Shown piece by piece: positions 1 to 9,570 of a stretch of DNA of 21,948 bases; position 1 is the stretch's first letter; the number at the start of each line of letters is the position of its first letter. The DNA lies in assembly GCA_036679605.1 (NCBI GenBank), contig JAZDCZ010000114.1, forward strand, positions 1 through 21,948. Reading direction: 5' to 3'. Source of the DNA: Gemmatimonadota bacterium (lineage in GTDB: Bacteria; Gemmatimonadota; Gemmatimonadetes; Gemmatimonadales; GWC2-71-9). A program made the translations under genes and the position numbers. The notes beneath the pieces were generated by a model. That model saw only the letters and a list, made by a program, of their open reading frames with translations. It ran no database searches and was not told where the DNA came from.

Positions 1-652
1 CTGTTCGCGAAGCCGATGGTTCCCCGCGGAATAGCTTTCTGTACCGGTAAAAGTACGCTATTAGGGAATAAACCGTGATCACGATCGACACGAGTAAAGT
101 GACTGCGATTAGCTGTCCATGGAATCTCTCCCAAAGTGCACCGAACCACCCCGACTTCCAGCCAAAAGCCAGACTCAGATCCTTCCACGCGAACCATCCG
201 ATCATGGACCCGATGAACACGTCTTGGACTATGGTCTTGAGCTTCCCTGCCGTAGCCGCAGCTATAACAACTCCTCTTCGCCTCGCAAGCTGCCGGAAGA
301 TCATCATGAGTATCTCCCGTCCAACAAGGACCAAGGCCACCCAGAGCGGCACGTTACCCCACCAGGGAATTTCATACACCCGCATGCTGTGGTTGGTGAT
401 CCAGTAGATTGGTATGAGCGTAGCGAAAAGCAAGAGCTTGTCAGCGAGAGGATCCAACAATTTGCCAAGTTCTGTGACTTCTTGCCGCTTTCTGGCTAAT
501 CGTCCGTCGTAGATGTCGCTCGTCGCTGCAATTAGGAAGACTAGGAACGCTACTAGTTTGGGAACATAGCCGTCAATAAAAGGCAGGAGCGCGATTACGG
601 GAGTCAGGGCGATCCGGCAAAGGGTTAGAATGTTTGGAAGCGTCCAAACCAT
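1..652 (-). CDS. pgsA: CDP-alcohol phosphatidyltransferase (phosphatidylglycerophosphate synthase), runs off the left edge
   Basis: Not in the ORF track; translated by hand from ATG at 652: MVWTLPNILTLCRIALTP...SDIYDGRLARKRQEVTELGKLLDPLADK. This matches the CDP-alcohol phosphotransferase motif DxxDGxxAR...GxxxDxxxD. No stop was seen at the left edge of the frame. Confidence 0.9.
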   Translation of the reverse strand, partial: MVWTLPNILTLCRIALTPVIALLPFIDGYVPKLVAFLVFLIAATSDIYDGRLARKRQEVTELGKLLDPLADKLLLFATLIPIYWITNHSMRVYEIPWWGNVPLWVALVLVGREILMMIFRQLARRRGVVIAAATAGKLKTIVQDVFIGSMIGWFAWKDLSLAFGWKSGWFGALWERFHGQLIAVTLLVSIVITVYSLIAYFYRYRKLFRGEPSASRT

Positions 653-663
653 TGCCACACTCA

Positions 664-1338
664 CTAGCTAAGCGACTTCAGAACGCTCTTCGCCAAGGCC
701 CTCAACGTGTCAAAAACGCCATCCCCCCTAACGGCAACAGACTCGAAGTAGGGCGCCCTCTCGATCCACACTCCGTCCAATTGCTCGACCAGGAACTCGT
801 CTGGATTTGATGGATCCGGCTTTGTCACCTGCTGCGCGGGATCCTCCACAGGCCACCCCGGATTCAAGTGCTCTTGCAATTCGCTGATCGGAGACGCGTT
901 CGGCAAGTCTCTCTTGTTGTACTGAATCACGAATGGGAGTTTTGTAAGATCGTATCCGTACTCGGCCATGTTGTCGTACAGATTCTGCATCGATTCGATA
1001 TTGGCCTCGCTACGGTCGATCTGGCTGTCTGCGACGAACACTACGCCGTCGACGCCTTTGAGTATCAGCTTTCTCGAAGCGTTGTAGTAGACTTGACCCG
1101 GTACTGTGTAGAGGTGAAATCTGGTCTTGAACCCGCGTATCGTACCCAGATCGACGGGCAGGAAATCAAAGAAGAGCGTGCGCTCTGTTTCTGTTGCCAG
1201 CGACACCATCTTTCCCCTGGCGTCCGGCGCGACCTTTCCGTAAATGTGCTCCAGGTTCGTGGTCTTACCACCCAACCCCGGGCCGTAGTACACGAGTTTA
1301 CAGTTGATCTCGCGGGACGCATAGTTGATCATCGACAT
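664..1338 (-). CDS. mglA: MglA-family small Ras-like GTPase
   Basis: [46 protein letters not shown] and NKRD are the MglA G-motifs; mglB is adjacent. Confidence 0.96.
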   Translation of the reverse strand: MSMINYASREINCKLVYYGPGLGGKTTNLEHIYGKVAPDARGKMVSLATETERTLFFDFLPVDLGTIRGFKTRFHLYTVPGQVYYNASRKLILKGVDGVVFVADSQIDRSEANIESMQNLYDNMAEYGYDLTKLPFVIQYNKRDLPNASPISELQEHLNPGWPVEDPAQQVTKPDPSNPDEFLVEQLDGVWIERAPYFESVAVRGDGVFDTLRALAKSVLKSLS

Positions 1339-1353
1339 CTTCTACGACGCTCC

Positions 1354-1848
1354 TCAATCCCCAAACAATTGGTCGATCTCGTCATCTGCACCGTCGAGCA
1401 AGCCACCGGTCTTTCCTCCAGCGCCTCCAGGCGCCGACCGTTTGAACATCTCGTCGAACACATTCACTAGATCATGTACCGTTTGCTTTACACGAAGCCT
1501 GACCATGCCAACCGTCGTACGCTCATCGAACAGTACGACCAAGATTACCCGCCGCGCTATGTCGGCGAGGTACATCGACTCTTTTTCTCCTTGATGAAAC
1601 AAGGAAGCGAATTCAGGCTCACCGATCATTTGTGCCAACTGGTCGTTGGCGCTAAAATCCGCAGCCGTCAGCGACGCGAATGCCGTCGCGTCGAATTGCA
1701 GTTGTTCCCCCACGCTGGTAAGGAGCTGACCCGCACGATCAACCAGCAGCGCGCACCTCGCGTTGGACTCCTTGAGCAAGTCGTTCAAATGCTCAGTGAT
1801 CCGCTGATAGTCGCTTTCATCTAAGGACCATGTAGCCGCACCAGACAT
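1354..1848 (-). CDS. mglB: MglB roadblock/LC7 domain protein (GAP for MglA)
   Basis: ALLVDRAGQL, FASLTAADF, LFHQGEKESMY and C-terminal DDEIDQLFGD. Start moved to ATG 1848 (MSGAATW), which follows a purine-rich GAGGGAAGAG RBS and avoids overlap with the upstream gene. Confidence 0.93.
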   Translation of the reverse strand: MSGAATWSLDESDYQRITEHLNDLLKESNARCALLVDRAGQLLTSVGEQLQFDATAFASLTAADFSANDQLAQMIGEPEFASLFHQGEKESMYLADIARRVILVVLFDERTTVGMVRLRVKQTVHDLVNVFDEMFKRSAPGGAGGKTGGLLDGADDEIDQLFGD

Positions 1849-1861
1849 CTCTTCCCTCGCC

Positions 1862-2134
1862 CTATCCGAGTTTTGCTTCCATGCGCCGCGCAATTGATTC
1901 TGCCCGTCGCCGCAGTACAGGGTGCTTCTCCCACTCGAGGTAATCTTGCAAAAGCTGTACCGCATCAACACTGGGATGTGTGTTGAGATATCCCAGTGCC
2001 GACAGGCGTCTTAAGGGTCTACCGCTGAACAGTTCTCTCCGGTGCCGGCCCATGGAGTACTGCGCCAACCCCGCCCCTAGAGCGCCGCCCATGCCCACAC
2101 CGATCATCAATGCCTTGGTTTTCGGCCCTATCAA
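1862..2134 (-). CDS. Hypothetical 90-aa membrane-anchored protein (N-terminal TM, helical HEAT-like C-terminus)
   Basis: Fills the gap between recR (4-nt overlap) and mglB; hydrophobic Gly-rich N-terminus. Confidence 0.75.
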   Translation of the reverse strand: MIGPKTKALMIGVGMGGALGAGLAQYSMGRHRRELFSGRPLRRLSALGYLNTHPSVDAVQLLQDYLEWEKHPVLRRRAESIARRMEAKLG

Positions 2135-2727
2135 TCTGAAACCGTCCTCCTAGCCGCAAGTGCGTGAGCTATAGTCACTCCGTCGGCGTATTCCAAGTCG
2201 CCGCCTACCGGCAGCCCGAGAGCTATCCTCGTCATTTTGACGTCCGCATCGCCGAGAACATCTCGAAGGTAAGTTGCGGTGACTTCGCCCTCCATCGAAG
2301 GATTGGTAGCAAGAATCACTTCTCGCACCACTGACCCGTTTCTTAGACGTGCCTTTAGTGCATCTATCTGCAATTCGTCCGGGCCCACACCATCCAGAGG
2401 CGACAGGTGTCCACCAAGTACATGGTACAGCCCGCGAAACTCTCCGGTACGCTCGATTGCTCCGACATCGGACGCCTCTTCCACTACGCAAAGTACGCCG
2501 ATGTCACGTCGAGGATCACTGCAGATAGAACAAGGGTCTGTCTCGCTGAGGTTGCCACAGTTCGAACACGGATTCACCTGCTCTGATGCGGCCTTGATCG
2601 AATCAGCCAATCTGCGGACGGCATCGGGCGATTGCTTGAGCAGAAAGTAGGTTAAGCGAGTCGCCGTCTTCTGACCAATTCCCGGCAGCTTGGCCAGCTC
2701 ATCCGTGAGCACCTTGATCACTGACAC
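2131..2727 (-). CDS. recR: Recombination mediator RecR
   Basis: HhH motif LPGIGQKTA, C4 zinc finger CSNC...CSIC, Toprim EVILATNPSMEGE, GLPVGGDLEYAD. Confidence 0.97.
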   Translation of the reverse strand: MSVIKVLTDELAKLPGIGQKTATRLTYFLLKQSPDAVRRLADSIKAASEQVNPCSNCGNLSETDPCSICSDPRRDIGVLCVVEEASDVGAIERTGEFRGLYHVLGGHLSPLDGVGPDELQIDALKARLRNGSVVREVILATNPSMEGEVTATYLRDVLGDADVKMTRIALGLPVGGDLEYADGVTIAHALAARRTVSD

Positions 2728-2731
2728 GGTG

Positions 2732-3049
2732 TTACAGGGGAAGTTGGAATGGCAGTGGCAGCCCTCCAGTGACTTTGCCCAATTCGTTGCGGTACAGCTC
2801 CTCAGCCTTGCGCTGCGCCTCGCTTATGGCGGCAAGCAGCAGATCCTCTAACATCTCGACATCACCATCGGGCGCCATACTGGGATCTACCTCGATTGAG
2901 CAGATCTTGCCCCGGCCATCGGCAGTGGCCTTGACCATCCCACCACCTGCCGAGCCGGCGACAGATTGCTGAGCCAGCTCAGTCTGCATCTGCGTTAGTC
3001 GGCCCTGCATTTGCTGGCCAAGTTGAAGAAGTTGAGACAGATCAGCCAT
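2732..3049 (-). CDS. ybaB: YbaB/EbfC nucleoid-associated protein
   Basis: GSAGGGMVKATADG...DVEMLEDLLLAA; canonical dnaX-ybaB-recR synteny. Confidence 0.95.
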   Translation of the reverse strand: MADLSQLLQLGQQMQGRLTQMQTELAQQSVAGSAGGGMVKATADGRGKICSIEVDPSMAPDGDVEMLEDLLLAAISEAQRKAEELYRNELGKVTGGLPLPFQLPL

Positions 3050-3124
3050 TGTTCCTAATTCGCTCGGTGCGAGAAAGCCCTGTTTGCCAGCTGCAAGCTA
3101 CCCTTGGCGCTGAGGTGCCGCAAG

Positions 3125-4774
3125 CTACTCTACCACCTCGAGATCGAATGTCTCAGCTATGGTGTCGAGCTTGGGATCCTTGCTGCGAAAATGGCGCAAT
3201 CGTTCCTTCCGATCACTGTCATGATCCAAGCGCTTTGAGGCCTTGGATTCGGGTCCAGGCACAGGCGCGGCCCCACGGCACTCGACCCGGACCGCGTCGA
3301 GCCCAAGGATCTCTGCGATAGAACTCGCTATCATCCCTCGGCTCCGCTCCAGACCATCCATATGTACTTCTCCCGAAGATACTTCGAGCACGACCAATCC
3401 TGCCTCAACACTGATCGGAGTTGCATGTTTCAGAGCCTCGCGTACCATACGGCTCTGCCCTCCCACATCGTCCAGCACATTCGGCCACACTTTCCGTACA
3501 GTTTCAAGGCTCATGGCTCCTCCGGAGACAGCGGGTGGCGTCGGGTCAGGCTTTACCGGCGCCGATCGAGCCTTGGACGTCGATCCGACTTTCTTTGGGC
3601 CTGCCGGTTCCAGCTCTCCTGTTCCACCGCCCATTGCGTCCAGTACATCCTGCAGCTCGACTGTGCGATCTAGGAGTGTCCACTGGATGAGCAAGGTCTC
3701 CACCAGTAACCGACTATTGGGGCTGCGCCTAATCGCACCTTCGGCATTCGCCAACAGTTTGGTCATCCTGAGCAGATCACTCGTCGTGTAGTGTTGGGCC
3801 TGTTCTTCAATCGCGACGCGCAACGATTCGGCAAGGCCCTCGGGTTCGCCTCCCAAGATTCTGAGGAGCAGGGCGCGAAGCACCTCACCAACACCGCCAA
3901 CGAATTCCAAAAGATCCGCTCCGCTCTCGACTATTCGAGCGACAAAAGGGAAGATATCGGCGGTACGACGCTCGGCGATCAGGCCGAGAAGCTCTGCATA
4001 CAGCTCGTCGTCGATCAGGCCAAGGGCGTCTCGAACCCGCGATGCAGTGATTGTTCCTTCGCCAAAGGCCAGGGCCTGATCGAGAAGGGAAAGTGCATCT
4101 CGCAAACCACCATCTGCAACGCGCGCGATAAGTTGGAGTGCGTCTTCCTCCGCATCGAGAGACTCTAGTTCGACCACATGCGCCAGTCGCTTGGCAATGG
4201 CGCCCGGTCCGATTCTGCGGAAATCGAATCTCTGTACTCGGCTCATTACCGGCGCAGCCATATCCGCAATTTTGCGTGGCTCAGTAGTAGCAAACACGAA
4301 TACTACACGTGGAGGAGGTTCCTCCAGAATCTTCAAAAGGGCGTTCCATGCTTCACGTGTCAGCATGTGAGCTTCATCTACGATATAAACTTTGAATCGC
4401 GAAGCGCTGCTCGCCGCGTACATAGCACGCTCCCGCAGTTCGCGCGCGTCATCCACCCCTCGATTGCTCGCGGCATCGATTTCGACCACATCGAGATTCG
4501 CCGTGCCAGCCCAAATACGCGTGCACGACTCACAACTGCCACACGGCTCCCCGTCCGGCACGTCTGAAGAATCTTTGTTGTCACAGTTTAGCGCCATCGC
4601 AAGGATTCGCGCGGCACTGGTCTTCCCTATTCCACGTGGCCCGGTGAGGAGATAGGCAGACGCAACACGCCCTTTCGCAACCGCGCCGGCCAAACCGGCA
4701 GCGACGTGCTCCTGAGCGACCAAGTCGGAGAACTTGGTGGGCCTGTACTTACGGGCTAGTGCGGTGTGTGTCAT
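3125..4774 (-). CDS. dnaX: DNA polymerase III subunit gamma/tau
   Basis: ALARKYRP, Walker A GPRGIGKTS, Zn module, EIDAASNRGVDD, DEAHML. Start set at ATG 4774 (MTHTALARKYRP) because the longer ORF overlaps the SRP RNA. Confidence 0.96.
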   Translation of the reverse strand: MTHTALARKYRPTKFSDLVAQEHVAAGLAGAVAKGRVASAYLLTGPRGIGKTSAARILAMALNCDNKDSSDVPDGEPCGSCESCTRIWAGTANLDVVEIDAASNRGVDDARELRERAMYAASSASRFKVYIVDEAHMLTREAWNALLKILEEPPPRVVFVFATTEPRKIADMAAPVMSRVQRFDFRRIGPGAIAKRLAHVVELESLDAEEDALQLIARVADGGLRDALSLLDQALAFGEGTITASRVRDALGLIDDELYAELLGLIAERRTADIFPFVARIVESGADLLEFVGGVGEVLRALLLRILGGEPEGLAESLRVAIEEQAQHYTTSDLLRMTKLLANAEGAIRRSPNSRLLVETLLIQWTLLDRTVELQDVLDAMGGGTGELEPAGPKKVGSTSKARSAPVKPDPTPPAVSGGAMSLETVRKVWPNVLDDVGGQSRMVREALKHATPISVEAGLVVLEVSSGEVHMDGLERSRGMIASSIAEILGLDAVRVECRGAAPVPGPESKASKRLDHDSDRKERLRHFRSKDPKLDTIAETFDLEVVE

Positions 4775-4786
4775 GGCAAAAGTTGA

Positions 4787-4889
4787 GTCGCCCCAGGCTA
4801 CCCAAAGCGACGTGTGACATCGTTTAGCGCTGCTACCTTCACGGTCCTGACGCGGTTCACGCGCACCCGCCCTCCGGACCTGGGGCAAC
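4787..4889 (-). ncRNA. ffs: Small signal recognition particle RNA (4.5S)
   Basis: Domain IV core GAACCGCGTCAGGACCGTGAAGGTAGCAGC; closing helix GTTGCCCCAGG/CCTGGGGCGAC; conserved position directly upstream of dnaX. Confidence 0.9.
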
Positions 4890-4891
4890 GA

Positions 4892-4920
4892 AACCTACAC
4901 ATCTTGCTGCAAACCCGCAA
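4892..4920 (-). promoter_or_regulatory. Putative sigma70 promoter of ffs-dnaX
   Basis: TTGCGG-N17-TAGGTT on the minus strand immediately before the predicted RNA 5' end. Confidence 0.45.
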
Positions 4921-4936
4921 AACCGTTCGTTCCACT

Positions 4937-5971
4937 TCAGGACACTGCATCGAGCACCTCGACCATGATCCGGCCCGCGGTCTCGACGTCCTCCGCGTTG
5001 ACGTCCAGGTGCGTGACGGCCCTAAACCTGCGCGGACCATACGGCGTTACCGCAACACCTGCTTGCGCAATGAGATCCACGACCCTGACAGCGTCCAAAT
5101 CGGTGCGAGCAATGTCCATCATGACTATGTTGGTCTCGGGCTCGATCACACTCAGCGAGGGGTGCTCCGCCAGACGTGCGGCCAAGAGCTTGGCATTCGC
5201 ATGATCTTCCACCAGGCGATCCAAGTTGTGTTCCAAAGCGTAGAGCCCGGCCGCAGCCAGGATTCCAGACTGGCGCATCGCTCCACCCAGCATTCGCCGA
5301 TGTTGCCGTGCCTGCTCGATGGTCGCTTCATCGCCCGCCAGACAACTCCCGACCGGACACCCCAAACCCTTCGAAAGGCAAACTGATACGGTTGTGGCGC
5401 CCCTTGCCACCCGCGCCGGAGTTTCGCCAAGAGCTACTGCTGCATTCCAGAGTCGGGCGCCATCAAGATGAATCGGCAACTGATGCCCTCGGCAGAGTGC
5501 AACCAATTCGTCCCAACACGCTACAGGCATGACGTTGCCGCCGGCATAGTTATGTGTGTTCTCGACCGCTACGGCGCTAACTCGAGGCATATACGACCCT
5601 TGGAGCTGGAGTGCCTCGGCTACCGCATCTGCGGTCAGAAGTCCGTCTGCGGTGTTCACCGGCCGGATTTGCACACCGGACAGCGCGGCGGCGGCTGCCA
5701 TCTCATAGTGGATGATGTGGGCGTCCGCCTCGAGAATCAATTCGCTCCCTCTCTCAGTATGGATCCAAATGGCGGTCTGATTGGCCTGCACTCCCGAAGG
5801 GAAGAACAGCGCCGCCGGCATGTCCAAAAGGTCAGCGACCGCATGTTCCAGCTGTCGAGTGGTGGGATCGCCATCCAAGATGTCGTCCGCCACTTCGGCA
5901 TCCATCATTGCAGTACGCATTGCAAGAGACGGCCTGGTGACCGTGTCACTGCGGAGATCGATGGTCGTCAT
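4937..5971 (-). CDS. ltaE: Low-specificity L-threonine aldolase (PLP-dependent)
   Basis: MTTIDLRSDTVT, ENTHN, HLDGARLWNA, CLSKGLG (PLP Lys), GGAMRQSG. ATG 5971 is coupled (TGATG) to the upstream stop. Confidence 0.93.
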   Translation of the reverse strand: MTTIDLRSDTVTRPSLAMRTAMMDAEVADDILDGDPTTRQLEHAVADLLDMPAALFFPSGVQANQTAIWIHTERGSELILEADAHIIHYEMAAAAALSGVQIRPVNTADGLLTADAVAEALQLQGSYMPRVSAVAVENTHNYAGGNVMPVACWDELVALCRGHQLPIHLDGARLWNAAVALGETPARVARGATTVSVCLSKGLGCPVGSCLAGDEATIEQARQHRRMLGGAMRQSGILAAAGLYALEHNLDRLVEDHANAKLLAARLAEHPSLSVIEPETNIVMMDIARTDLDAVRVVDLIAQAGVAVTPYGPRRFRAVTHLDVNAEDVETAGRIMVEVLDAVS

Positions 5972-6831
5972 CAAGTCAGAATGGCCTTCTGCTCGCGTTG
6001 TCGTCTTCTCATATCGTACGTTTCGCCGACCTCTGCTCCTACCAAGAAAACAAAGGCCGTGTAGTACATCCAAACGACCAGCAAGAGAATGGCGATAATG
6101 TTGGTATTGGAGACCAACCTATCGAGCGTGGCGAACTCAGTTAGATAAATTGCGTAGAGCCTCTTGGACACTTCGAATCCCAGCGACGCAACCAGGGATC
6201 CAACGATCGCGGTATCCCAACGCATCCTGCGTGTCGGTGCGGTGATGTATACGATGAAGAAGACAACCATGCTCAACCCAAATGTAGAAACGCTTGTGAA
6301 GAACCTGCCCAACCAAGGCTTGTCTACGATCGACAGAGTCAGCATGGCATTCAGCACTATCAATATCAGCGAAGCAATGACCAGCAGGAGATCTATTTGC
6401 TTGCCCACAATCCACGAACGGCTTTCTGGAGTGTCGAAGACATCGTTCAACGCGGCCCTGGTAGCACCGAAGAAACGCGTTGAGAACCAGAGAAACAGTG
6501 GAATTCCGTAGACAGACAGCTGACTGCGAGTGGCCGCGATCAGCTTTAGCAAGCGCTCCGCTTCACGATAGGGATCACTTTGTATCTCGCCCGCGGAAGG
6601 AACCAACAGACCCATGAGGTTGAGCACGTCTGCCACCGCATCGTCGCCCGCATGTACGAAATATCCCAATGCCGCCAACATTAGGACTAGGAACGGCACG
6701 GCAGCCAAGAGCGCCTCGAAGGTCAACGCACTGGCGAGAAACGGGATATTGTCTTCGTACGCGGCAACACTTACGCGTCGGACGAATCCAATCGGCGATG
6801 ACGCCCAGCCGCGCTGCATCGCGACCTTCAA
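5971..6831 (-). CDS. YihY/virulence factor BrkB family membrane protein
   Basis: Multiple TM segments, ASALTF..L near the N-terminus and LLVVWMYYTAFVFLVGAE at the C-terminus. Confidence 0.88.
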   Translation of the reverse strand: MKVAMQRGWASSPIGFVRRVSVAAYEDNIPFLASALTFEALLAAVPFLVLMLAALGYFVHAGDDAVADVLNLMGLLVPSAGEIQSDPYREAERLLKLIAATRSQLSVYGIPLFLWFSTRFFGATRAALNDVFDTPESRSWIVGKQIDLLLVIASLILIVLNAMLTLSIVDKPWLGRFFTSVSTFGLSMVVFFIVYITAPTRRMRWDTAIVGSLVASLGFEVSKRLYAIYLTEFATLDRLVSNTNIIAILLLVVWMYYTAFVFLVGAEVGETYDMRRRQREQKAILT

Positions 6832-6852
6832 GACGTCAACCGTGCTATCGAA

Positions 6853-7293
6853 CTACTCCGCCGCGTCTTCGTCCACGACCGCCGCTTCCCGCTGCGACGC
6901 CTTGCCTTTCTTCCGAGTAGATTTCGCATCCGAAAGCCGACGATCCAACTCGTCGCGCGCTGTACGAACCGCCGCTTTTCCGGCATCCACCGCATCACGG
7001 GTTCCGTCGCGCGTATCACTTAGAGCCCGGCGGGCGCTCTCGAATCCCTCTTCTACCCGCGACTTCGCGGTTTCATAACCCTCCTCGACCCGCGATTGCA
7101 CTGCCTCCGCCGTATCCTCCGCCTGCAACCGAAGTCTCCGTCCCCTCGACCTCAGCACTTCCCTGGTTTCCTCACCGGTTCGAGGTGCAAGGAGCAGTGC
7201 CGCGGCAGCCCCCACGACTGCCCCCCAAAGAAAGGCCCCTATGCCGCTGGACCGCTCCACAACTACAACCGGACCACCTTCGCCATTTGACAT
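6853..7293 (-). CDS. YtxH domain-containing protein
   Basis: FLWGAVVGAAAALLLAPRTGEETR signature followed by a coiled coil. Confidence 0.9.
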   Translation of the reverse strand: MSNGEGGPVVVVERSSGIGAFLWGAVVGAAAALLLAPRTGEETREVLRSRGRRLRLQAEDTAEAVQSRVEEGYETAKSRVEEGFESARRALSDTRDGTRDAVDAGKAAVRTARDELDRRLSDAKSTRKKGKASQREAAVVDEDAAE

Positions 7294-7370
7294 AACTCTC
7301 TCCGCTCGCCGACTCGATTTCTGACTCAGATCAACCTACAGTCGCAATCTATCCGTTCGCTGGTGCCGCG

Positions 7371-8141
7371 TCAAAAGACGCACGAGAGGCCGTCGTAGGC
7401 CGGTTCGATACCGGGGGGAAACCGCTTGGATAACTCCACGTGGGTGTACTGGTGGGTCAGATGGGTCAGGTAGGTTTTTTCGGCACCGATCTCTTGAGCA
7501 AGCGCAACCGCCTCATCAATGGATAGGTGTGTTGGATGTGGCCGGTCCAACAGCGCGCTGAGAACGAGCACCTTCACCCCCTCGATCAACTTCATCGTCT
7601 CATCTGGAACCGTTTTGACGTCGGTCATGTACGCCAGATCACCGATCCGATACCCCAAGACCGACGCCGAGCCGTGATAGAGCTGCAAGGGAACGATCGG
7701 GATACCACAGACAGACAATTTCGCCCCCGCCTCCACTGCAATAGTCGTGAGGTCCGGCTTGATGACGCCCGGCGGGTTGGCGCCGTTATCAAAGATGTAA
7801 CTGAAACGCTGCTCTACACTCTCTAGGGTTTGGGACTGTCCATACAGCGAAAGCCTACCCTTCCTGGCAGAAATTGCCCGGAGGTCATCGATTCCGTGCA
7901 GATGATCCGCATGATCGTGGGTATAGAGGACGGCGTCAACGGAGTCGATACCTGCGGCGATCAACTGTAGGCGGAGTTCGGGCGGGGTATCTATGAGTAA
8001 GCGGGTTCCATTGTCATGCTCCACCAGCGCGCCGACTCTTGTACGCTTGTCACGTCTGTCCAAAGAAGTGCAAACCGCACAGTTGCATCCGATCTGTGGA
8101 ACTCCGAACGACGTACCTGACCCAAGGACCACGAAACGCAA
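7371..8141 (-). CDS. MBL-fold metallo-hydrolase (PhnP-like phosphodiesterase)
   Basis: LGSGTSFGVP, CNCAVC, THDHADHLHG, HPTH, LTHLTH, AYDG. Confidence 0.92.
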   Translation of the reverse strand: MRFVVLGSGTSFGVPQIGCNCAVCTSLDRRDKRTRVGALVEHDNGTRLLIDTPPELRLQLIAAGIDSVDAVLYTHDHADHLHGIDDLRAISARKGRLSLYGQSQTLESVEQRFSYIFDNGANPPGVIKPDLTTIAVEAGAKLSVCGIPIVPLQLYHGSASVLGYRIGDLAYMTDVKTVPDETMKLIEGVKVLVLSALLDRPHPTHLSIDEAVALAQEIGAEKTYLTHLTHQYTHVELSKRFPPGIEPAYDGLSCVF

Positions 8142-8142
8142 A

Positions 8143-9570
8143 TCAGACGATCTCCACCTTGAGCAGATTGGTCGTACCGGTCACGTCGAATGGAACGCCG
8201 GCCGTTACGATTATGTGGTCGCCCGGTTTCACCAACCCTTGCTCAATCAACGCCTCTCTAGCCACATCCAGCATCGCGTCGTAGCTAGGTGCAGAACTCG
8301 CTAGCTGTGGAACTACACCCCAGACTGCCGACAGACTGTTGCAGGTGTTCTGCTCGGTAGAGAGGCCCAGAATTGGGGTCCGCGGTCGATTCGCCGCGAT
8401 CTTTCGAGCAGTAAAACCGCTCTTGGTAAAGCAAACGATGAGTGGCACTTCGAGCATCTCTGCCGCGGCGGTCGTGGCGAAGGCTATTGCGTCGTCCACG
8501 GATCCCCTAATGCGATCGTCATATGGCGCTACATTGGCATCGAAGCCTCCGTCCGCCACAAGCGCTCCCTCAACTTCGTTGATGATTCTCACCATGGCCC
8601 GCACCGCATCCACTGGATATGCCCCAACCGCGGTTTCAGCCGAGAGCATGACCGCGTCCGTACCGTCCAGGATTGCGTTTGCCACATCCGACGCCTCTGC
8701 CCGCGTGGGACGCGCGTTGTGCACCATGGACTCTAGCATTTGCGTGGCCGTTATAACTGCACGACCTCGGCGAATTGCAGTCGCAATCAGGTGTTTCTGG
8801 GTAAGAGGCACTCTCTCAAACGGAAGCTCAACACCCAGGTCCCCACGAGCAACCATCAGCGCATCACTGGCATCGACGATGCGCTCGAGATCGGCCAGGG
8901 CCTCAGCCTTTTCGATCTTTGCAACCAGCCGAACTCGTGAGTCCACCAGCCCTTTGACTACCGCGATGTCCTCAGCTCGCCGGACAAACGATATCCCGAT
9001 GAAATCTACGTCGCTCTGCAGTGCCAGCTCGATATCTTCACAGTCCTTGTCCGTCACCGCCGGAGCGCTTACGTGGACTCCCGGCAGGTTCATCCCCTTG
9101 TTGCTCTTTAACAGTCCACCTTGGCACACCACACCCACCACTCGTTTATCGAATATTCTAGTAACATCTACGCATAGAAGACCGTCGTCGAGCAAGATTC
9201 GTGAGCCGATTTCTACATCCGCTGCAAGCGCCTCATACGTGGTCGGAATTTCATCTCCCGTAACCGTACCCTCGGGTGCGAACACGACTTCACAACCGAC
9301 ATCCAGTCGACGGGGCTGTGATAAGACACCGACTCGAATTCGCGGTCCTTGTAGGTCGACCAGGATCCCAACGTGCTTATTCATGCTCGCGCGCACACGT
9401 TTTGCCATGTCTATCAGTTCGCCACGGCTTTCACGAGTTCCATGAGAACTGTTGACTCGCACAACGTTGACCCCGGTCTCGATCATCTGTGTCAGAGTTT
9501 CTTCGCTGGCGGACGCCGGACCGAGAGTGGCGACGATTTTCGTTCGGCGGAAACGCGGATCGTAACTCAT
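8143..9570 (-). CDS. pyk: Pyruvate kinase
   Basis: RRTKIVATLGPAS, DLQGPRIR, MVARGDLGVE, ATQMLESM, DAVMLSAETA. Confidence 0.97.
   Translation of the reverse strand: MSYDPRFRRTKIVATLGPASASEETLTQMIETGVNVVRVNSSHGTRESRGELIDMAKRVRASMNKHVGILVDLQGPRIRVGVLSQPRRLDVGCEVVFAPEGTVTGDEIPTTYEALAADVEIGSRILLDDGLLCVDVTRIFDKRVVGVVCQGGLLKSNKGMNLPGVHVSAPAVTDKDCEDIELALQSDVDFIGISFVRRAEDIAVVKGLVDSRVRLVAKIEKAEALADLERIVDASDALMVARGDLGVELPFERVPLTQKHLIATAIRRGRAVITATQMLESMVHNARPTRAEASDVANAILDGTDAVMLSAETAVGAYPVDAVRAMVRIINEVEGALVADGGFDANVAPYDDRIRGSVDDAIAFATTAAAEMLEVPLIVCFTKSGFTARKIAANRPRTPILGLSTEQNTCNSLSAVWGVVPQLASSAPSYDAMLDVAREALIEQGLVKPGDHIIVTAGVPFDVTGTTNLLKVEIV

Noticed and set aside
75..499. Plus-strand ORFs 75-407 and 119-499
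   Set aside because: Antisense shadows of the pgsA gene, which the ORF track missed because it runs off the window.
3125..4774. Programmed frameshift or slippage site in dnaX producing gamma
   Set aside because: No A-AAA-AAG heptamer or long A run was seen on the coding strand.
4775..4888. N-terminal extension of DnaX in the ORF track
   Set aside because: Overlaps the SRP RNA; DnaX homology starts at MTHTALARKYRP.
8339..9445. 368-aa plus-strand ORF, and similar long antisense ORFs elsewhere
   Set aside because: Mirror frame of pyk; Ser/Thr/Ala-rich composition typical of GC-rich antisense ORFs.
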